Shown piece after piece: positions 1 to 11,066 of a stretch of DNA of 64,000 nucleotides. Within the stretch, counting starts at the first letter, position 1. The number at the start of each line of letters is the position of its first letter. The notes beneath the pieces were generated by a model. It was not told the origin of the DNA and ran no database searches. It saw only the letters and a program-made list of their open reading frames with translations. Source of the stretch: Somniosus microcephalus (Eukaryota); the NCBI GenBank assembly GCA_052327205.1, contig CM126205.1, positions 274,908,001-274,972,000 on the forward strand. Direction: 5' to 3'. The translations under genes and the position numbers were made by a program.

Positions 1-1237
1 TCCCCCCACTATTTAGCTTAAAGCCCTTTCTACAGCCCTAGTTATTCGATTTGCCAGGACTCTAGCCCCAGCATGGTTCAAGTGAAGCCCGTCCAAACGG
101 AACAGTTCCCTCTTATCCCAGTACTAGTGCCAGTGCCCCACAAATCGAAACCCAATTTCTCCCACACCAGTCTTTGAGCCACTCATTCATTTCTCTGATC
201 TTATTTACCATATTCAAATTCACTCATGGCTCAGGTAGTAATCCAGACTTTATTACCTTTGTGGTTCTGCTTTTTAATTTAGCCCCTAGCTGCTCATACT
301 CTCTCAGCAGAACCTCTTTCTTTGTCCTACCTATGTCTTTGGTACCTACGTGGATCATGACAACTGGATCTTCCCCCTCCCACTCCAAGTTTCTCTCCAG
401 CCCAGAGGAGATGTCCTTAACCCTGGCACCGGGCAGGCAACACAGCCTTCAGGACTCATGCTCTCGGCTGCAGAGAACAGTATCTATCCCCCTCACTATA
501 CTGTCCCCAATCACTACAACATTTCATTTTGCTCCCCCCACTTGAATGGCTCCCTGTACCATGCTGCTGTGGTCAGTTTGCTCATCCTCCCTGCAGTCCC
601 TGGCCTCGTCCACACAGGGAGCAAGAATCTCGTACCTGTTGGACAAGGCCAAGGGCTGCGGCTCCTCCACCACTACCTCCTGGATCCCAATACCTGCCTC
701 GCTGGTAGTCACACTCCCCTGTCCCTGACCATGGGCCAAGTTGGAAGTCATTATTCTAGTGGGTGTGACTGCCTCCTGGAACATAACGTCCAGGTAACGC
801 TCCCCCTCCCTAATGTGCGCAGTGTCTGAAGCTCGGACTCCAGCTCATCACCTCTGAGCCGAAGTTCCTCGAGCAGCCAACATTTGCTGCAGATATGGTC
901 ACCCTGGACCTCAATGGTGTCCACGAGCTCCCACATGCAACAACAACAACACATTTCCTGGTCTCCTGTCTCAATTAATTAATTAATTAGTTTTAAAATT
1001 TGGAACACTTATATCTTTTAATCTACACCAAGGCACTTAAATTTAGATGCTCAAGTTTGGAAAAAAAGTGAGAAATAGAGAAATACTCACCAACCAATCA
1101 CTTACCTGCTTTCTGGTGATGTCACACTTCGATTACTTTGTACTTCTTTGTATCTCAGCGTGCTCCCGCTGCTTTTGAACTCTCCCGGGTTTTGGCGCTC
1201 TCGCTCTGCTCCCGCTGCTTTTGAACTCTCCTGGGTT
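1..1237 (-). mobile_element. CR1 LINE 5' part (5'UTR + decayed ORF1 with Cys-rich N-terminus and esterase-like domain); continues left of window
   Basis: Minus-strand peptides CCCCMWELVD..CSKC..LEELRLR and LALSNRYEILA. Homologous to the ORF1 at 3337-4130. Tandem UTR repeat at 1161-1237. Confidence 0.85.
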
Positions 1238-4140
1238 CTTATGTGGGACTTTATCAAAGGTCTTCTGAAAATCCAAATACACCACATCCACTGGTTCTCC
1301 CTTATCTATTTTACCAGTTACATTCTCAAAAAACTCCAGTAGATTTGGCAAACACGATTTTCCTTTCATACATCCATGTTGACTTTGTCTAATCCCGTTG
1401 ATATTTTCTAAGTGTCCTGTTATCACATCCTTTATAATAGACTCTAGCATTTTCCCTACTATTGATGTTAGGCTAACCGGGCTGTAGTTCCCTATTTTCT
1501 CTCTCCCTCCTTTTTTTAAATAGTGGGGTTATATTTGCCACCCTCCAATCTGCAGGAACTGTTCCATAATCTATAGAATTTTGGAAGATGACCACCAATG
1601 CATCCACTATTTCCATGGCTACCTTTTTTAGTACCCTGGGATGCAGATTATCAGGCCCTGGGGATTTATCAGCTTTCAGTCCCATTAATTTCTCCAGCAC
1701 TATTTTTTTACTAATAATTTCCTTTAATTTCTCTTTCTCACTAGACCCTTGGTTCCCTAGCATTTCTGTGAAGTTATTTGTGAAGACAGAACCAAAGTAT
1801 TTGTTTAATTGCTCTGCCATTTCCTTGTTCCCCATTATAAATTCTCCCGTTTCTGACTGTAAGGGACCTACATTTGTCTTCACTAATCTTTTTCTTTTTA
1901 CTTACTTGTAGAAGCTTTTACAATCTGCTTTAATGTTCCTTGCAAGTTTACTCTCATACTCTATTTTTCCCCTCTTAATCAATCTCTTGGTCCTTTTTTG
2001 CAGAACTCTAAACTGCTCCCAATCCTCAGGCTTGCTACTTTTTCTGGCAACTTTATATGAGTCCTCTTTGGATCTAATACTATCCTTAATTTCTTTTGTT
2101 AGCCATGGTTGGGCTGCTTTTCCTTTTGTGTTTTTGCACCAGAAAAGAATGTATAACTGTTGCAATTCATGCATTTGTTCCTTAAATGTTAGCCATTGCC
2201 TATCCACTGTCACGCCTTAATGAAGCCCCCCAATCTATCATAGCCAACTCACTCCTCATACCATCATAGTTGTCTTTGTTTAGATTTAGGACCCTAGTTT
2301 CGGATTGGACGTCTTCACTTTCCATGTTAATGAAGAATTCTATCATGTTATGGTCACTCTTCCCTAAAGAACCCTGCACAACAAGATTATTAATTAACCC
2401 CTTCTCATTGCACAATACCTAATCTAGGATAGCCTAGTTGGCTCCTCAATGTACTGGTCTAAAAAACCATCTCGTACATACTCCAGGAATTCATCCTCAA
2501 CAGTATTATTGCTAATTTGGCTTGGCCAGTCTATATGTAGATTAAAGTCACCCATGGTTACTGTGGTACCCTTGTTACATGCATCTCTAATTTCCTGTTT
2601 TATGCCATCCCCTACATTACCACTACTGTTTGGAGGCCTATAGACATCTCCCACCAATGTTTTCTGCCCTTTGGTGCTTCTTAGCTTCACCCAGACTGAT
2701 TCTACATCTTGATTTTCTGAGCCAATATCCTTTCTCACTATTGCTCTGATTTCACCTTTACTAACAAGGCCACCTCACCTCCTTTTCCTTTTTGCCTGTC
2801 CTTCCTAAATATTGAATACCCTTGGATATTCAGCTCCCAGCCTTGGTCACCCTGCAGCCATGTCCCCATAATCGCAATTATATTATATCCGTTTACATTT
2901 ATTTGTGCTGTTAATTCATCTACCTTATTACAAATGCTTTGTGCATTCAGATACAATGCCTTTAGATTTGTCTTTTTAACATTTTTAGACATCTTAACAT
3001 TTTTTGGTACTATGGCCCTATTTGTCTTATTACCATTTTTTCTTACCCGGACCCTATTTGTTAGTGCACTCCTTTGTTTGTACGCTCTGTCCCTTCCTGA
3101 CACAATCTGGTTATCCTTACCCCAATCACTTTCCCACACTGCTTCCTTGTCTTTTCGCTTTAGCATTTTAGATTTCTCTCCACCGGGACCCTACCCCCTC
3201 CTTATTTAATTAAAGCCCTATCTACCTCCCTAGTTATTCGATTCGCTAGAACTCTGGTCCCAGCATGTTTCAGGCGTAGTCCGTCCCAATGGAACAGCTC
3301 TCTCTTTCCCTAGTACTGGTGCCAGTGCCCCACGAATCAAAACCCACTTTTCCCACACCAATCTTTGAGCCGTGCATTCATCTCCCTGATCCTATTGCCC
3401 CTATGCCAATTTGCTCGTGGCTCCGGTAATAATCCAGAGATTATGACCTTTGAGGTTCTGCTTTTTAATTTAGTCCCTAGCTGCTCAAATTCTCTCAGCA
3501 GAACCTCTTTCTTTGTCCTACCTATGTCGTTGGTACCTACGTGGACCACGACAACTGGATCCTCCCCCTCCCACTCCAAGTTCTTCTGCAGCCTGGAGGA
3601 GATGTCCTTTACTCTGGCACTGGGTAGGCAACATAGCCCTTCGGACTCATGCTCCTGGCTACAGAGAACAGTGTCTATCCCCCTAACTATGCTGTCACCT
3701 ACTACAACCACTTTCCTTTTTACTCCCCCCACTTGAAAAGCTTTCTGTACCATGGTGCCGTGCTCGTTCTCCCCGCAGTCCCCACACTGGTCTACAAGGG
3801 TTGCAAGAACCTCGAATCTATTGGACAAGTGCAGGGACTGAGGCTCCTGCAATACTACCTCCTGGATCCCCGTACCTCACTCGCAGTCACACCCTCCTGT
3901 CCCTGACCACTTGTCAATTCTAAAGTATTTAATCTAAGGAGTGTGGCTGCCTCCTGGAGCCAAAGGTCCAGGTAAATTTCTCACTCTCTGATGTCTCGCA
4001 ATGTCTGCAGCTTGGACTCCAGCTCCTCAACTCGGAGCCGAAGTTCGTCGAGCCGCAGACACTTACTGCAGATGTAGTCGCTGTGGACAAAAATGTCCAC
4101 AAGCTCCCACATATTGCAGCAGCAACATATCTCCTGTTCT
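1238..4140 (-). mobile_element. CR1 LINE: ORF1 (GDS esterase) + fragmented ORF2 (APE endonuclease, RT N-half), interrupted at FDKVPH
   Basis: ORF1 VVVVGDSIVRG / VHVGTND. ORF2 LYLNAQSICNK, YRPP, MGDFN, SDHN, KSPGPDNLHPR, VYLDFQKTFDKVPH in several frames. Confidence 0.9.
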
Positions 4141-4237
4141 CCCAGTATTTTTTTTGTTTAATTAATTAGTTTAGTATTAATCAAATTATTTAAATTAATT
4201 AAATTAAGTTTCATTTTTAAATAGTTTTTAATACAAA

Positions 4238-4325
4238 CATAAAATGCTGGAAACACCAGCAGGTCAGGTAGCATCTGTGGAGAGAGAAGCGTAGGCATCT
4301 GCAGTATTTGTTTTTTTGCTTTATT
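4238..4325 (-). mobile_element. Penelope-like pseudo-LTR fragment
   Basis: aaaatgctggaaacaccagcaggtcaggtagcatctgtggagagaga resembles 59590-59640 and 63540-63595. Confidence 0.55.
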
Positions 4326-4551
4326 GTTTAATTCACTGCCACTACTCTTCCAGGAATGCCCATCTTGAAGATGTTCTGCACTTCTCGCATCATTTGCTTT
4401 TTGCTTAATTGTAGTTTTTACTTTTTTAGATTGTTAGTTCCATTGGATTTACTTTATTATTCTCACCTTATTTTGCTTATCTACATTTAAACCCTTCCCC
4501 TTTCATGTTTCATTTAGATAAATATCCTATATTAATAGCTAGCTTCCCAGA

Positions 4552-5597
4552 TCCTAGAATCCTAGGATGGTTACAGCACAGAAGGAGGCCTTTGGGCCAT
4601 CGAGCCCGTGCCAGCTCTCTGCAAGAGCACTTCAGCTAGTCCCACTCCCCCACCCTTTCCCCGTAGCCCTGCAATTTTTTTTCCTTTAGGTACTTATCCA
4701 ATTTCCTTTTGAAAGCCACGATTGAGTCTGCCTCCACCACCCTTTCAGGCAGTGCATTCCAGATCCTAACCACTCGCTGCATAAAAAAGTTTTCCCTCAT
4801 GTCGCCTTTGGTTCTTTTGCCAATCACCTTAAATCTGTGTCCTCTGGTTCTCGACCCTTCTGCCAATGGGAACAATTTCTCTTTTGCTACACTGTCTAGA
4901 CCCCTCATGATTTTGAACACCTCTATCAAATCTCCTCTCAACCTTCTCTGCTCCAAGGAGAACAACCCCAGCTTCTCTAGTCTATCCACATAACTGAAGT
5001 CCCTCATCCCTGGAATCATTCTTGTAAATCTTTTCCGCACCCGCTCTAAGGCCTTCACATCCTTCCTAAAGTGCGGTGCCCAGAATTGGACACAGTACTC
5101 CAATTGAGGCTGAACCAGTGTTTTATAAAGGTTCATCATAACTTCCTTGCTTTTGTACTCTATGCCTCTATTTATAAAGCCCAAGATCCCGTATGCTTTT
5201 TTAACCGCTTTCTCAACCTGTCCTGCCACCTTCAACGATTTGTGCACATATACCCCCAGGTCTCTCTGTTCATGCATCCCCTTTAGGATTGCACCCTTTA
5301 GTTTATATTGCCTCTCCTCGTTCTTCCTACCAAAATGTATCACTTCGCACTTATCTGCGTTAACTTTCATCAGCCACGTGCCCGCCAATTTCACCAGCCT
5401 GTCTATGTCTTCTTGAAGTGGATCATTATCCTCCTCACTGTTCACTATACTTCCAAGTTTTGTGTCATTTGCAAATTTTGAAATTGCGCCCTGTACACCC
5501 AAGTCCAAATCATAAATATATATCAAGAAAAGCAGTGGTCCTAGTACCGACCCCTAGGAAACACCACTGTATACCTTCCTCCAGTCCGAAAAACAAC
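4552..5597 (-). mobile_element. CR1 LINE 3' end (RT C-terminal part + 3'UTR)
   Basis: 296-aa ORF 4636-5526: ISKFANDTKLG, LEYCVQFWAPH, RRLRGDLIEVFK, RTRGH. Short tail repeat near 4553-4568. Confidence 0.9.
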
Positions 5598-6290
5598 TAA
5601 AGGGACCTGGGTGTCATTGTACATGAGTCACTGAAAGTGAATGTGCAGGTGCAGCAAGCCATTAGAAAGGCAAATGGTATGCTGGCCTTCATTACAAGAA
5701 GATTTGAGTACAGGAGTAAAGAAGTCTTACTCCAATTATATAGTGCCTTGGTGAGACCACACCTGGAGTACTGTGTACAATTTTGGTCTCCTTACCTAAG
5801 GAAGGATTTAATTGCCATAGAGGGAGTGAAACGAAGGCTCACGAGATTGATTCCTGGGATGGTGGGCTGTATTCTCTTGAATTCAGAAGAATGAGAGGGG
5901 ATCTCATTGAAGCATACAAAATGATTATAGGGCTTGATAGGATGGATGCTGGGAGAATGTTTCCCTTGGCTGGGGAGTCTAGAACCAGGGGCCACAGCCT
6001 CAAGATAAAGGGTAGGCCATTCAGGACTGAGATGAGAAGAAATTTCTTCACAGAGGGTGGTGAATCTTTGGAATTCCCTACCCCAGAGGGCTGTGGAGGC
6101 TCAGTCTTTGGGTATATTCAAAACAGAAGTCGATAGATTTCTGACTAGTAAGGGCATCAAGGGATATGGCGATAGGGCCAGTGAATGGAGTTGAGGCAGA
6201 AGATCAGCCATGATCTCATTGAATGGCAGAGCAGGCTCGAAGGGCCGAATGGCCTATTCCTGCTCCTATTTCTTATGTCTTTATGTTCTT
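5598..6290 (+). mobile_element. CR1 LINE 3' fragment nested in opposite orientation inside the minus-strand CR1
   Basis: RPHLEYCVQFWSP, RGDLIEAYK, ESRTRGH. Ends in a ttcttatg-type tail; the host CR1 resumes at about 6291. Confidence 0.85.
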
Positions 6291-7095
6291 AACCGTTCCC
6301 CACTACTCTCTGTTTCCTGTCACTTAGCCAATTTTGTATCCATGCTGCCACTGTCCCTTTTATTCCATGGGCTTCAACTTTGCTGGCGAGCCTATTATGG
6401 GGCACTTTATCAAACCCCTTTTGGAAGTCCATGTACACCAGATCAACAGCATTGCCCTCATCAGCCCTCTGTTACCTCATCAGAAAACTCGATCAAGTTA
6501 GTTAAACACGATTTGCCTTTAAGAAATCTGTGCTGGCTTTCCTTAATTAATCCATACTTGTCCAAGTGACTGTTAACTTTGTCATGATTATTGTTTCTAA
6601 AAGCTTCCCTACTACCGAGGTTAAACTGACGGGCCTGTAGTTGCTGGGTTTATCCTTACACCCTTTTTTTGAACAAGGGTGTAACATTTGCAATTCTCCT
6701 GTCCTCTGGCAGCTCCCCCGTATCTACGGAGGATTGGAGTATTATGACCAGTACCTCCGCTATTTCCTCCTTAACTTCCCTCAGCATCCTAGCATGCATC
6801 CCATCCAGTCCTGGTGACTCATCAAGCTTAAGTACAGACAGTCTTTCTAGTACCATCTCTTTATCAATTTTTATCTCATCCAGTATCTCCACTATCTCCT
6901 CTTTCACTATGACTTTGGCAGCATCTTCTTCCTTGCTGAAGACAGATGCAACGTACTCATTTAGTACCTCAGCCATGCCCTCTGCTTCCATGCGTAGGTC
7001 TCCATTTTGGTCCCTAATCGGCCCCACCCCTTCTCTTACTACCTGTTTACTATTTATATGCCTATAGAAGACTTTTGAATTCACTTTTATGTTAG
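6291..7095 (-). mobile_element. Continuation of the minus-strand CR1 ORF2 (5'-truncated)
   Basis: MAEVLNEY..SPGLDGMHARMLRE..IANVTPLFKK. Confidence 0.85.
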
Positions 7096-7324
7096 TTTGG
7101 TTAATATCCAACCCATCTCTCCTGCACCACCCTGCTTTACTCCACTTACCTATAAATCAAACACCATGTCACAGGCACCAACTTGGTGCTTATTCATTTA
7201 CCCCTATAATTCTATTTGTGAACTCTGCTTCTTCCTAAAAGGGGTAATAACTTAGAATACACAGCTTTACAACTCCTCTCTCTCAATTTCCAGACATTAT
7301 GCTTGATCCTACCTTTGAGCGTAT

Positions 7325-7625
7325 CTGTATTTGACAACACCTCCCAAACCCATAACTTTTACCATCTAGAAGGACAAGGACAGCAGGCGCATGGGAACAC
7401 CACCACCTCAAAGTTCCCCTCCAAGTCACACACCATCCTGACTTGGAAATATATTGCCGTTCCTTCATCGTCGCTGGGTCAAAATCCTGGAACTCCCTCC
7501 AGAACAGCCCTGTGGGAGTACCTTCACCACACCAACTGCAGCAGTTCAGGAAGGAGGCTCACCACCATCTTCTGACAGGCAATTAGGGATGGGCAATAAA
7601 TGCTGGCCCATCCCATGAATGTATT
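7325..7625 (+). mobile_element. 3' end of a non-LTR retrotransposon (CR1/L2 group)
   Basis: ccatctagaaggacaagg..catgggaacaccacc..gggcaataaatgctggcc. The same sequence occurs inverted at 9815-10105. Confidence 0.6.
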
Positions 7626-8699
7626 TTTAAAAATCTGACTGTCTCTCCCTTGTCATTATATCCCATCTTATAGAGCTGACAAATGGTTAACACGAATGTA
7701 ATCGAATTATATTTGAGTCATTCAGTTTAAAACGACGCTTTTCAACTCAATTACTATTTAAAGATAATGCTCTTATAATCTCTTATCATAATTTTCGTAC
7801 TGAAATTCTTACCTACATGTTTACAAATTTGATGACACGTCTATTTGGAAACAACCAACCAATGAAACAACTAGACGTTTCAATAGGACAGGATATAGTA
7901 TTACTTTGAGTTTTAATTATTCTTCCGCATTTTTTTGTGTACTGGGGTGAATCGTCTTTTGTCCGGACATTGCTGTGCTCGTTACTAAAATAAAAATGAT
8001 TGTTCGCCAATTCGATTGATGTCATGCCTGAAAGAAAGCACGCGAATTCTGACAAAATAAAATGTTAAAGTCATTTACGGTAATCTTTATCATGGATTTA
8101 CATAAATTACATAAGAACAAGTAATAAGAACGACCCTAACAGGAGGCGCTTTCGATAGATAGGACTTCGAAACATTTTAAGGCATAATAAAATTTAAAGC
8201 ACCATTCCTGGCTTTGGTTTAGACCGATGCGAACTATTGTTTCCAGGTAACACATTTTCTACAATGTAAACATGTGTAATTTCCCGTATCCTGCTGCTGT
8301 GTTCAGATCCGAGGTACAACAGCAGGGAGTCGGAACTTGTGTTGTCATTCATGAGCCTAAGGTTTTTGTAGTCCTGTTGGTAGCACGTGTTTGTAAATTA
8401 TCCGTATCCGGAATTTTGCCCAACAGGATGGCACCTTTTGCAGTTGAAAGCTGGTCTTTTGGACATTTTTGAAGTATTGCATCCAACAAACTGTAGTCAT
8501 TCAGCCTGAATGCAGCGTGTTGCGATTTAAAATTAGCGTTGGTCAGAAAAAACTTTATTTTGATCAAGAAAAACTTCCTGTCAATACACTGGCAACGTAA
8601 ATAAATCGAGAAGCAACGTTCGTCTACGCATTCTATGCCCAACAGAAAACTTTTACACAGGTTGGTCGAACTCATCTAGGTGTATTCTTTCACGTTTCA

Positions 8700-9600
8700 G
8701 TGATCGAGTGGCTTGGATAACGTGCTCTAATTGTCTTTACTGGAGCTGGTTTAATATTGCACGTGGTCCTCTTTACACAGCGGCTGCAGGAGTGCGATTC
8801 GCTTCATTACTTCACAAAGCGTCGCCGCAGGTTTTTTTTTTGCCAGCGTACCCGTTCGACGGGCGAATCGATCCGGAAATTAATCTCCGTATCATTCACT
8901 TTCGTAAATTTATTCTCCGATTTCACACAATGATAACGAGGTCGGAAAACACTTGCGCGAGTTTGCCGGGGTTAAGACACCTGAATTTGGACGCGATCTG
9001 TGGTGTGTAACTTTGGGACGTGTTTCGCGGAGATTGCAGTAAGTCGCGGTGGCGCGGCCCCTTTAAATTCACCGCACCCAGTAAGCTCACCTGGCGCATG
9101 CGCGCCCACCCGAGTGGCTGTGCACACCTGTGTACACACCTGTGTCCAACGAGGCGGAAGTTGGTGCTGAGAGTGAGTGAGGAGCGAGTGTGGCAGTGGC
9201 AATCCCCGCCGGACGTTCGCTTCGCCTGTGTCACTCCGGGAGGGCAGTCTAGTCACATCAGGTTGAGCGTTTCCCCAAAGTTTGCACGGTCCCTTTGTAG
9301 TCTCAGCACAAAACACAAGGCTGGGAAGTGACAAGCCCGGAGTGATGGCTCACGCCGAGACCCCTGCTTGCGTCACGGTATCGCACCGCCCTGGTGTCCA
9401 CAGGCAGTGAAAGCTGATTTTATTTCGGTCGAGTTCTTAGTTAATTTTTTTTTTAAAAACCTACGAGTTAATCACCACCTCCTGTTGAGAAAACCTTATG
9501 GGGGAAAAAAAAACACCTCCAGCTACTGCAGGGTAATTCCTTGGAGATCGTCTCCAGATCTCCTTTGAGCTGAAGGCTGATTCCCGAGAGCGTTTCACCT
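8700..9600 (+). promoter_or_regulatory. Candidate CpG-rich promoter / non-coding exon 1 of the GALNT gene
   Basis: CpG-dense sequence not recognised as a TE, 15 kb upstream of the first coding exon. Contains NRF1-type GCGCATGCGC (9094-9103), ETS-type GGCGGAAGT (9153-9161), CTTTAAAT (9061) and four CACCTG E-boxes. TSS not provable from sequence. Confidence 0.5.
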
Positions 9601-9814
9601 ACAAATTATTGAGGCACTTCCAGAAACCAGCACGCGGGGTAAGCCACCTTTCGCTCTGTCAATTAAACATTAAAATAGCTAACTTAAAAAAACCAACTAC
9701 TACACCACTGATTTTTAAGGGTGTGTATATAGTGCAACTTTAAGCAGCTTCCAGTTTGCTGTGATGCTGAAATTGCAATATGATTAGAGTCAAATTTGGA
9801 CTTGAAGTTGTGTT

Positions 9815-10200
9815 TTTTATTCGTTTATGGGATGTGGGCATTGCTGGCAAGGGCAGCATTTATGGCCTATTCCTAATTGCCCTTGAGAAGGTGGTGAGCC
9901 GCCACCTTGAACTGCTGCAGTCCGTGTGGTGCAGGTACTCCCACAGTGCTGTTGGGTAGGAAGTTCCAGGGATTTGACCCAGCGATGATGACCCAGCGAT
10001 GATGAAGGATCGGCGATATACTTCTAAGTCAGGATGGTGTGTGACTTGGAGGTGAACTTGGAGGTGATGGTGTTCCCATGCGCCTGCTGCCCTTGTCCTT
10101 CTAGGTGTCCTTCAAGAAAAATGCCCATTGCTATCTTCTTGGGACAACTAAGGGTGGGCAATAAATGTTGACTTGCCAGTGCCATCCACATCTGGAAAAA
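9815..10200 (-). mobile_element. Non-LTR retrotransposon 3' end (same family as 7325-7625) with a short forward-oriented tail piece
   Basis: Reverse complement of 7325-7625 over 9815-10105. gggcaataaatg recurs forward at about 10155. Confidence 0.6.
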
Positions 10201-11066
10201 AATTCAAAAGAACTTGTGGTCAAATTTGGTTTAAAAGTGCTCAGAGATCCCACTAAACTTTTTGGGCACTGTTTAAATGTAAATAGAGTTGATTTAAATG
10301 CTAAGAGAGTGCAGACACTCCTACCTGTGCTCTCAATGCATTTAAATATTAATGATGGTATGAGGAGCTTGGGACATGCCTGGCTGAGACCATTACTGCT
10401 GCAATCAGTTTTGGATTATAGTATAGTATTGGTTATATAGTACACCATAAACTTTATTTCTGTGATTATAGTAATTGATTTTTTGTGTATTGGCACTTTC
10501 AGCATTGGAATTTCAGCTCTCAAGTTGAAAATCATACAATATTTTACTATTGCCAGTGACTTGCATCTGCTTTAGGGGTAACTGTTTGAAAATCTGGTCA
10601 CAGTCCATTCCTTTTATTAGACCAAAATGTGACTGAGTGTACATGATCTGTATTAAGGGAGCAATATATATTTCTGATTGTACTGTGAATTTTTGAAGAT
10701 TGGCTGCTTGAGTTTTGATCATCTATAAATGACCCTGTCAAATTTCTGTTTTCCCCATTAAAAAAAAAGCCCAGCAATTTATGGTGAGGAAGAGATATGG
10801 CCTGAGTTGTGAATAGCCACAAATTGCGAGACGATTTGCGCCGCTCCATCTTTAGCCTAGGAAAAATAGGAGCTTGCTGTCAACCTCCTCCATGAGTGTC
10901 AAGAAATTGCTACCTTTGGCCTCGCTGCAGGAAGTTAGGGATGCTATTTCACATCGTAAGGACCCTGTTAATGGGGTGATTTTATGGTCCTGAAATGACG
11001 CTCAACCTTTGAGGCCCTTTTCCGACGTTTGCTCTGTTTCTTTCTCTATTCTTAAATCTTATTAGT

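Noticed and set aside
174-7575. Numerous + strand Ser/Leu-rich ORFs
   Set aside because: Antisense shadows of CR1 coding sequence.
8272-9568. Short ORFs on both strands in the CpG-rich region
   Set aside because: No recognisable domains; expected by chance in GC-rich DNA.
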